Part shown: positions 22,586 through 34,300 of the stretch, one piece after another
Layout: each line of letters begins with the position of its first letter
Position numbering within the stretch: position 1 is the stretch's first letter
The notes under the pieces: model-generated
Told to the model about the DNA's origin: nothing
Database searches by the model: none
Seen by the model: the letters and a program-made list of their open reading frames with translations, nothing else
Origin: Chrysomallon squamiferum
Taxonomy: Eukaryota > Animalia > Mollusca
DNA length: 64,000 bases
Assembly (NCBI GenBank): GCA_012295275.1
Contig: CM022670.1
Location: 6,510,001 to 6,574,000 of the forward strand
Reading direction: 5' to 3'
Position numbers and translations under genes: made by a program

Positions 22586-24205
22586 CATTCTGGAAAGATA
22601 AAAAAAAAAAAAAAAAAAATTATCATACAAGGTATTAGAAATAGTTTTATCTAATAATCACAGATAATAATCATTATGACAAAGCTCTGTACATTTCACT
22701 AAAACAAACTAGTGATTTAAATACTGTTTAACAGAAGAGAAAATGCAATTTAGTTTTCCAGTTAAATAAAAACTGACAATTTTGATAAATGTGTCTTTCT
22801 TTATCATGGTTTATGTGTCAGTATTTTGATTTATATTGTTATTTCTAATAATGCTGAACTTGCATTATATGACTAGCATTTTAGTTTTTATAGTAAAAAC
22901 AGAGGAACTGATGTATCGCTACATTTAGAGATGATCGAGAAAATCATTTAATTTAAACTATTTTAGTAATATATTTTACCGCTTCTCTTGTTTATTATGA
23001 ATCATACAAAATAGTTGCTTTTCGTTTTCTCTTTTTTTCTCCCCCCATTCTAAACAGTTCATGGTGTATACATATTTTGTGTGGGAAGATTTATTCAAAA
23101 TCATCTCTTGCTAAGATAGTTCTTGGAATAATTAAACTTAAAGCATGCTTTTTCTCTCCATTATAACCATCTGGTGACAGCAATTAATATTTAAATATAT
23201 TTGAATATCATTAAACATTAGTTGTTCCTTTATCTGACTTTATTTGGTCTACCGTGTTTTTGTATTTGTTACAAAACATGCAAACACACAAATCCAAATT
23301 AATTAGCCTAATTTACAGAGAAAAACAATTATTTGGTGTTTAATTTGTACATATATCTCTATTTTTATTTTTTACTTTTTATTTTCTTATTTATCCATTT
23401 GTTGTTCCTTTTTGATAAAAAATTTAAAAAAAAAAAAAAAAATTATTCAGTTAAAATTAACCCTTAATGGAAGGGTTTAAATATTTATGAAGCACATAAA
23501 TTAAATTAAATATAAATGTTTTTATGTTTTATTTTATTTTATTTTTTTAAATTTGCAACTTGAAAAATCCAAAAAAAAAATTCCTCTATTCTGCACATAG
23601 AACTACCTTTCTGTGACATTTATAACAGATACCTGTTAAGTTGCTACAAATACATACAATACAAATAGTTCATAAAAAATTCAAAAGACTAGTTTTAAAT
23701 TACCATTCAGTCAAGACTGGTATACATTTTCTTATACAATATTTTTATCAGTATAGAACTATATAAAATACCAGTGTATTAATAATTCATAAATGTCTAT
23801 AACTGTAAGAGAAGCAGGTAATATTTATAAAATCAGCTTAGTAGAAGTCACTGATAACTGCCAGGAAGTTAAATTTGAACAGCATAAAATAAGATAAGAT
23901 AAGGAAATGAGATGAAACAAAATTCACAGTATTTAACAGCCGAAACAAAATTCACAGTATTTAACAGCCGACACAAAATTACAACTCATTATAAAAATTA
24001 TAGATTAAATTGTTGTACCTGAATATTACAGAATGGCACCAGCTGTACACAACAGACATTTAGTGAAGTCACAGTAATACATGGAGTTATTTATTCCTTT
24101 GTTTATTTGTGCTGACAGATGATACAGTTGAAAGTGCCTTGAGAGATCCACTTTACTCTGTGTGTATTAGAGATATAGGAGCACAGCTTGTGGGGAGACG
24201 GGTCC

Positions 24206-24299
24206 ATGCGAATGCGAGTTCGACTGCGGAATGTGCTTTTCCTGACCGCAGCTCTGTGTTTTACACCACTTCTGTGGTTGTCTTTCTTCTCACAAAATG
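24206..24299 (+). CDS. MGAT4: MGAT4 coding exon 1 (signal anchor)
   Basis: [31 protein letters not shown]; G|gtaag; exon acceptor at 24118. Confidence 0.9.
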
Positions 24300-24596
24300 G
24301 TAAGATTTTTTATTTCTTTTTTTTTAATTGTTGAGCAAGGTTAGATGGTTTAAATTTTTGTTTTACACCACTTGTGTCATTGTCTTTCTTCTCACAAAAT
24401 GGTAAGCTTTTTTAATTTCTTATTTTTAAACTGTTGACAAAAGTTTGATTGTTTAATTTTTTTTTTTTTTATTTAAAAACAAAATTTCATTTGGGATTTT
24501 TTCACTGAAACATGAAGTCAGCTTAACATTTGTTTTGTTTTTTCTAAATTATATTTGTGTATGTCTAAGTGTATAACATTTACATGTGTGCATATA

Positions 24597-24636
<40 letters not shown>

Positions 24637-27600
24637 ATAATGTTTTCATGCATAACCTTGATACACTCTAAAAAATAAATGTATATAAAATTGATAAATA
24701 TTAGGTCACATGACTCTTTCAATTTACAGTTGTTTTGTTTGTATTTCAATATCCATAGAAAAATAAAATCAGATACAGTATTAGCACTAAGTAACACCAG
24801 AGATGATAATAATTACACTGTATTCTAACAAACCTGTATTATTCTTAATGATGAGTTGTTGTAATAGCTGACTTTAATGCTTTCATCTACGTAGTTGGCT
24901 ATTACATATTTTCATCTACATAGTTGGCTATTACATATTTTCATGTGAAAATACATTGTATTTTTATTATTCGTAGTTTACAGCTGTCAACTGCTATCAT
25001 TTTATAACTGGAGAGATTAATGTTTTATGTTTCAATCTGAGTTACTAAAATGGGTGGTTGGGAGGGAAAGAAAGAGAGACAAAAGAAGAGAAAGAAGAAA
25101 GTATATATGACAGTGAGACTAAGTGTGAATGACTAAATAGTTATTGTTGTATGCACTAAAATATGGATGTATGTTTGTAAAATAGGCATACAGGTACAAA
25201 ATGACATAAAAGATCCAAAATTACATACTTGAAAAGTATTTCAGTTTTAGACTATATTAAAATAACATATACATTTTAAAGATGTTGCAGCATCTGAGCA
25301 GGTTTGTCTTATTACAAGTGAGCTGACAGTGATTTATAAAAGTTTATATTCTGTAACACAGTTTAAAAATATTTAGCAACTTGTCTCTTACCTTCTTTAT
25401 TCCAGGATCTTAGAATATATTATAAAACTATGAATTTTATTTTTGATGGATTTTAATTTATAGAACACTACAGAAAGTATATGAATTAGGAAACCTGTAT
25501 AAATACATATTTGCAGTAATTGCAAACTTTGTTTTTTCAGGCCATGCTGAATATGAGGAGATATTAGAAAAAAGATTTGCTGATCTTCGTGATCGACTTC
25601 ATTATGCAGAGTCACTCAACCGGCAACGAGAAAATGATCTGTTCCTTCTAAGAAACCACTTCACTTACCTGGCATCTACTATCAGGGCAAATGGAAGTGC
25701 CCCTTTAAACAGGTAAATAATGGTTAAAATAAACGGTCAGTAAAGGGGGATTAATTATTAGTCAGTAGAACTGTCATTTTGAACAAATAAATTAAAAGAT
25801 TTAGGAAGTAACTGAAATTAAATGCTGAAGTTGAGTAATTAATTTTACCTTACCAGCATTCATTCATAATCTTCGCAAAATGGACTGCCTTTATGAGAAA
25901 TTTAAATGGTTACATATTAATGAATTCTGTTCCATGCAGAATTACAAATATATATAATTGTTACATATAAAGAAAAGTACTTTTTTAAAATGGTAAATTA
26001 AATCATAAAAGAGTTTAGAACAATAACAAAAACAGCAATATTACTGAATAAATATGATTTACAAGTTTAGTTTAGAATGCCACCTTTAAATACATATAGA
26101 AAATGAGGTTTAGATATAAATAGACAAACAATTATGCTATTGTTTCTTATCTGTGTATGTGAAACCACACATATCAGTTTTCACTGAACCTGTATATTAA
26201 ATTTCACCAACTCTTACCAGTTTTGACCAGACTTAAATGGATGTTAGTGATATCACTACAAAAGTTTTATTAGTAATGGTCATTACATTGTATGAGAAAA
26301 GAAACATACTTCTTTCAATTACAGAATTACTTTTAGATGATCAGCACCTAGTAACATTTCAGGAAACATTTTTACAAGTTTCAGACAGGTATTTCCTGTG
26401 CGTAATTTCTGCAGTGGAAAACAGAAATGGACAGGTGCTTTGTGATAGATATATCCTGAAACCTATCATTTCTTAGACAAGAGCTGCATTACTTAGCATT
26501 AAGTTCTCTTCCAACATCAGTCATCAAGTTTCTCAAACCTTGACATCAGTTTCAGTCCTTCAAAGAAGATAAAAAATGAAAACTGATATCTTAGTGTGGT
26601 TTACTTCAAATATTTCCACATGTCACATCATCAAGTTGAGTCCCAGAACTAATGTGCATTTTTAACCACTAATTTCAGTATAACTTATATAAATGTGTTG
26701 ATGACTACTGGCCATGGCATCTCACATCAGTTCTGGTTTGACTTTGTTAAACTGAAACCATTGTACAACAGGTTGTGTCATTTCTCTCATTAATTTGACC
26801 ATAATTCAAATGACTGAGCTGTGAACACAAGTTCAACAGCAACATCAGCATCTTTGACAGCTTCTCCAGTCATCTATTGATTAACCATTGTGCTCCACCA
26901 TTGTCTTGCAGAGATAAGCAGTGCATTCTTGAATTGGATCTGAGTTTTTGATGCTAGTGGAATTAAAATCAATTAACTTCTGCCAGTGTTGAGATGATAA
27001 AGTATTTATGAGAGACTTAATTAGACTGGCATGCTGTATCAAGTCATTAAGTGTGTGTGCTAACATCCTGTATACAGTTATTTAATGTGTAATTGTATAT
27101 GTGTAAACAAGTGTTTCAAATAAATGAAATAAAATAGTGCTAGTATTTGAAAAACTTTAATACTGTAGGCTGTTATGATATAATCATAAATGGGAAATTA
27201 ATGTTTTCATATTGCATTTGTTCCTTGTAAGAAATTAATGTAGATTGAAAACTATACTATTTTTAGGTGTGAAATGAAAGTTTTAAGAGTAAATTGTGTT
27301 TAATAAAATTTAAAATTTAAAGAAGGAAATAATCATTTATATTGGTCTGAAATTAGCCGAACAAGTAGTCACTTTTTTATTATTATTTATCAAATTTTGT
27401 AACTGATTTGACTATTTTATATTTCACACATTACTTCAGATATTTTTTTGTCTGTGAGCATGATATAACATTTTTTTTTTTAATGATTTATCAGAGAAAG
27501 GTGTCTGTTTTGATAGCAGTTGTTTTGTTTACCTTATTAACAATACTTCACTGACAGTTAATAAACAGTTAAATTGTAAAACTCAGTTAAGTAATGTGAC

Positions 27601-30600
27601 CTTGTTACACACTCTAAAGAATAAAAGTTACATAAATATTATGTTATGCAGCTCATTCATTACACAGTTGTTTTGTCTGCATTTCAACATCCATAGAAAA
27701 ATAAAATTAATTACAGTATTAGCACTAAGAAACACCAGAGATGATAATAATTACACTGTCATCTAACAAAGATGTATTGTTCTTAATGCTGATATGTTGT
27801 AATACTAAAGAATTTCAGTAATGTATATTGTAGAATAATAATGAAAACAGAACAGTAATGAAAAAATATATAAAAAATATATAATAATGCAGTTTATGAC
27901 ATGTTGCAGGACGACAGTGAATCAAGTTATGATCAATGACTACACAGGGGAGCAAGATGACAGTGGGACCATCCACCTGCCTAGTATCTTCACACACCTA
28001 CCTCACCTGACAGGACATCCAGAAAGCATGAGACCAGCATTCAGGATTTCCAAAAACAGACATGGAGGTTAGATATCTTCAAAAATTACCTCTGAAAGTT
28101 TTCTGAAAACTAGACATGATATTTCAATGAGTAATTGTTTCTTCAAGCAATACAATCTATATTCATTTTAGGTGTACAAAATAACAGTGATTGACAAACA
28201 TACACATCTTAAATATAATACAACTATAAAAATGTTTGCATTTAACACATATTTTCCCCCTTATCCTTTCTGTGTTATGAGTATTTCTGTTGCATGAGTA
28301 TTTACTTTACAATCATCGTCATAAAAACACAAGAGTAAAATGTAAGCAGTTATTTCATGTGAGATATTGCCTGCATTTAAACTTATCTTTGACACTGTCG
28401 GTAATGTTTGGTATGAGTGGAAGCCAGGTAAACACTTGTTGAATAATAAGATAATAGCTACATCAACATGTGATACACAGCTTTGTTATCAGAGATAACA
28501 TGACTCTATCAAACAGTACGTGTACAGAAACAGACATACACATAAAAACACCCAAACGTGCAGAAACACAGACACACACACACACACATATTATAAGATT
28601 ACATTTTTTTAATACTTTTCTGTCTTTCGTTTATCTTTTTCTTTTTTTTCTTTTGACTTTCTGTGATCCTAATAGTAGTCACAACTAAACATTGTAGATA
28701 TATTGTTCTGAGATAAATATTACATAGCTCTCGCTAAAACTTCACGAAGGTCATTATTAAGCCATGAAATAAATTTTAAACATTTCAGGAATATTTAATT
28801 TCTTTTATTTTTTTTTTTTAGATGTTCTGTAAATTTCTTTTAAATAAGCCAGTTATTTTTAGTATTTTAAAATGTATGGAAAATATATATAAAAATATCA
28901 CTGAATGGTGACAGTAAAAAAACAAGTTTGAGAAATATTTTATTTATTTACAAATGTAGTTTATTTTTAATTTATTAATTTTTTTAATTATAATTTTTTT
29001 TTTTATAGTATCCATAGTGATGGGTGTACCAACAATAAAAAGAGAAAAAATCAGCTATTTAACAGAAACTCTGCGTTCTTTAATTGATGAGCTGAACCCC
29101 GAAGAAAAGGAAGACTGTTTGATTGTCCTCTTTATTGCTGAGGTTATTTTAACTATATTATATGACAATTATATTAATGAGTTTATTTAACTTTTTGATA
29201 GCAGAGGTTATTTAAACTTGATTATATGACAATTATATGAAAATTTACCTTATGAAACATACAAATTAACAGAGTTCAGGTTTAACCTGAAATGGGACAT
29301 GAATAGAGAATTAAACTGCAATTAAATCGGTACAGAGTTAAACAAATGTTCACATACACGACTTTTATTTTGATGTCACACCCATTTCCACGTCTTGTCA
29401 GATTACAAAGAAATGCCTCATTGAATATTGGTAGTCATGGACAGTTAACTTGACAAGTTTCTAAAATCTGGGAATACAAAAAGTGCTTCAAACCTTTTTT
29501 TTGTTTTTTTCGTGTTGCTGGTGTTAGAAAAGTATCTATATAGCTTTTTCAGTAAAAAAAATAAAAAAATAAAAAATAAAATTATAACTGCGACAGTTTC
29601 CTGTGCTTGTTTATCGATACTTTAATTCTCAGTTTAATGTGCAGGATTACATGGACCAGCACAATATTAGTAACATAGTTTTAAAGATGCATCACACAGT
29701 TTCCTGTTTGGCATTTGATTACAAAATTATGTTTTGTCCTTCATTTTGCAAACGTTAGTGAATGTATAGTCACTTCTTAATTTGCATAGATGATAAATTT
29801 CTAAAACTTCAGAATAGTGTCCTAGGAGTAGATAAAGATAATAAATTATGCTTTACAATATGTCAGAATGTTCATCTACATTAGTAATGTGTTACGAATT
29901 GCATATGGTTTGGTCACATAATGTTTTATGAGAAGTGACTCAAACAAATATAAGCAGGGTAATGCATAATCATTACAAATACAAATAAGGTAATGCATAA
30001 TCATTACAAATACAAATAAGGTAATGCATAATCATTACAAATACAAATAAGGTAATGCATAATTATTACAGACGTAAGTCCATTTTAATATGCAGAAACT
30101 AATCAATATTTTCATTTTCTGTTTCAGCCTTGGGATGTTCAGTATGTGAAAGATTTGGGTTACAAAGTAAACAAACTGTGAGTGAGATTTCTCTGTAGTT
30201 CCTTATCTTGTTTTTGTATAAGATGTGACTTTATTTAGTGTAAAAACTGGCTAGTATTAACTTAATTCTGTGAGAAAAACACAGATGTTTTGGGGTCTTT
30301 TTTTTTTTTACTTATCCATTGCTTATCTGTTATGCTGAATAATTATTTATTGTATGAAATTATTTTCTTTATCCTATATGCATATGAAAAAACCCCACTT
30401 TCTTATGACAATAGCCAATTATTTAATGCAATTTAAAGATCTTTATAAATAATTTTTTATTAAGAGATCAAAGTTTATCTTTTCTTAATATTAAGATTTA
30501 CCATTTCTGAGAGAAACAAGTATTCTTACTATATGTACACCCAAAAAGAAATATGCTTCTAAAAACCCAGAATTTATTTGATATTCATTTTACATCTGAC

Positions 30601-31306
30601 ATTTTAATCAAATCATTAAAAGTCATTCAGTTCAATGAGCTGTAATTTTATCTTAATCAATGACCACCTGTTACTGTAATGTAACTTGTAACAGTTTAAA
30701 GTTACATCATTGACGTATACATAAATATATCATTATTTTATATTTTTAAATATCAGATATTATTTCCCATAATATTTAAAGCCTGATATATGTAGAATAT
30801 GATGTCAAAAACATGATAGTTTTGTTGTTACAAAAAATAAATACAATATTTAGATGTGTTTTACTGATATTGTTGAAATAAATGACTTTTTCAGATTCAG
30901 GGAACATATAGAAAGTGGACTACTTGAAATAATAGCACCCCCTGCAGGATTTTACCCTGATTTAGATCACCTCAAAGAAAATTTTGGGGATCCAAAAACT
31001 CGTGTCAGGTAAAGCTGCTTATATATAAATTTAATAAAAATTAGTAGATTTTTGGTGGATGCTTACATATCTTTTCTGTGTGTGTGTGCGTTTGTGTGCA
31101 TGCATGTAAGTATATATTTGTTTATGGGTGTGTGTCAGCACACCACATAATGATTTACATTAGTGTTCCAGGATAAGATAAAATAATGTGAATTTGATCA
31201 TTTTTCTCTAGAACTTATATTTAGACAAATTATTAAATAAAATGCATTTGTTTTTTTCTATATATGAAATTTATTTTGGTATATGTGTAATATATGTTCC
31301 ATTTTT

Positions 31307-31368
<62 letters not shown>

Positions 31369-34300
31369 TATTCTTTCCTTTTTTAGATGGAGAACAAAGC
31401 AAAATCTTGATTATTCATTTCTCATGCTGCATGCAAGAAGTCGAGGTGTTTATTATGTTCAGGTAAACCCAGATTTTTATATGTTGTGAATTGAACCACA
31501 GTAGGTTGAAAGTTTTGTCCACTGAAGGCTTGCTTGAACAGTTACCCGGTGGAAGCATGTCAGAAATTAACTTCCCCACTAGCATAATATATAGTCACCC
31601 ACAAAAGTGAATGTATGTAAAATCCGTCACATTACATGTAGCATGACCTTCAGTGTTCTTAGGCATGGATTTAATGATATTAATATATAAGTGAAATGAT
31701 ATATATATATTCAATGCTTCACCAACTTTCGTAATTTTAATTATTTTCATTTGTCTAAATGAGAAGATATTTTTCATTCGTGTAATCACTAATGTTCTCC
31801 ATTTTATTTTGTGGATGTGAGAAGAAAAGGTTAGATGATCTTAAAAATTTATTTCGTAACCAGAAATGTAAAGCAGATATGTGAAATAATTATTATTAAC
31901 TCAGTTTGCTTACAATATAATGTTATATAATAATGATCGCTAACAAAGACGGATTATTCAGGGTAACTATAAATGTTGTCAGAATGTTCTGGAACCCTTT
32001 TCAAAGTAAAATTTAAAAAACAGATTGAAGTACAATAGTTGATCACTTCTTTTTGCTGCACAAATTCAGTTATTTCCCAATCCAACTAGTGTATCTGACT
32101 GATCAGTATTTGTTTTAATGCACAAGTACTGGAAGGTCTAATAATTATTTATTGCTCTTCACATCATTTACAGGAATAACCTAAAGTTCATTGTAATTAT
32201 GCATTCAGTTATAATGGAGTATTTTATTATTTTTAATATTATTATTTTTGTTTTTTGTTATTGTTATTATTACTGTTTTTATTTTCAGTCTCTGATTTAA
32301 TGTAGTTTTGTGTATTTTGTTTATTTATATTTATTTTCTTACATTTGTGGATATCTTTTGTTCAGGTGCATGCCAGTCGGTTCTCTGCGGTAATTGTCTG
32401 TGTAAACTGGTAAAGGATTGTTTTCAAAACAATTTATATTTATAATACTGTTAAACTAAATGTTTTCACTGAGGCTTTCTTCTATTTCACTCATCCTTAA
32501 TATTTTATTAATTTTTATTTTTTATTTGTTTGTTTTTTTGTTTTTTGTTTATACGTTTTCAAACTGTCATTTATAAATATATATATGCATATATAATTTT
32601 TGTTTGAAATGCTCTTTTGATTATTTATATGCACTCTATATTTAAATTTTAAAATATGTTAGTAGCAAATAACTGTAAAACAAAACTAAGAGTGTTCACC
32701 AACATTTTTAAATAATAATATAACATCCTTCTGCTTGTAAGATCTAAACTCAATTCTTTAGTCAATTAACATAAAAAATCACCTATCTGTGTTTAAAAAC
32801 CTATAATTACATAAATAATCAAAGAAAATAATTTAATAATAAATGCACAGTTCACAACTAACCTGAGTTATTTTTTTAACCACACCTTTATAGTTTGTTG
32901 TTATTAACAACACTGAATTGAAAATAAATAGTATGTAGATGTATCATGTATTCTGTTTGCTATAATAAAATATAAAAGGTTTGTCAGTTAGAAATTGTTA
33001 CTGAAAAATTAAAATTGTGTTGCATATTTATATAATTCTTTAATGTCAGAAGTCTTTATCATAAACTCTTAAAATAAATAAACAGGAAGAATAAATTTGA
33101 TTAATTGTATCTGCATGTGTGTGTGTGTGTGTGTGTGTATCTGCTAGATGATTTAATAAATATTCACATAACTTTGGTGATATATATAATTTCAATAAAA
33201 TTTCATTTAATATAGATTTTATTTAACACATTTTAGTATGTTATTGTTTAAAATTAATCTTGAAAGACTTTTATTTTGTATTTTTTTTACAGATAATCCA
33301 TGTTTTAACTTACTTTCACTTTTTAAAAATTGTTATTGTTTTATGTCTTTATTTTTGTTGTTTAATATTACTGGTTTTGTTTTATTTTGTTAAATCTCTT
33401 GTTACTTTCATTGAAAATAACTGCTTAAAATATATATTTTTAAATGATTTTATTTGTCTTCCAGCATGGTAAGTAAATATGAAGAGAGTTTAATGATTGT
33501 GTAACAGAAGATTTTTTTTTTTTTTTTACACCTCATTTTTAATACTTTTAGAAAATCTTTCAGAAATCCATTGACAGTTTCTAAAACAATTAAAATTGGA
33601 AATTAATATTTATGGATTTTTTATTTTCATTTGTTTGAAAATACTGTGTAAAATAAAGTGAATTAAAAGATGGATATAAGAAGTAAACTGTTAAAATAAA
33701 ACAGTGTTGTTGTGTTGACAGCTGGAGGATGATGTGATAGCTAAACCTGGCTACCTTTCAGTGATGAAGACATTTGCACACCAGCAGAAAACAGACGACT
33801 GGATACTACTGGAGTTCTCTGCTCTTGGATTTATAGGTGATGCTAAAAATACATACATCTGATTTTTTTTAATAAATAAAATAAACAGAAACACACCTAA
33901 ATCCACCCATAGTTTGCATTAACCTCAACTGTTAATATGTTAAATAATGCATTCTGATTTTTTTTTAAGAGTTGTTTATTATTTATATGATATTTTATAT
34001 TGAATCACGTTATTTCTTATTTACATGTTTTTTGGAATATATAAATATTGGATCATTGTGCATAAAAACAAAATATTTCAAATCAATTGGTGTATAAAAT
34101 AATTTATACTGTATTTTATTATTACTGAAATAAATATTCAGTATGTTGATGTTGTGTTTGTTTGCAGGTAAAATGTTCAAATCAGCCGATCTTCCATTTG
34201 TTGTAGAGTTCTTCCTCATGTTTCACGCAGACAAACCCATCGACTGGTTGCTTGACCATCTGCTCATGGTCAAAGTGTGCAACCCAGAAAAGGACCAGGT

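Noticed and set aside
24300-24401. In-frame 102-nt extension of MGAT4 exon 1 via the duplicated donor
   Set aside because: Contains an in-frame TGA at 24332-24334.
32020-32105. Further SINE remnants (also ~16880-16990)
   Set aside because: Too degraded to support a call.
33293-33468. 176-nt exon using the acceptor at 33292 instead of the 4-nt exon
   Set aside because: U-rich intron-like composition and it frameshifts exon 8. The proximal acceptor explains the AG-free zone better.
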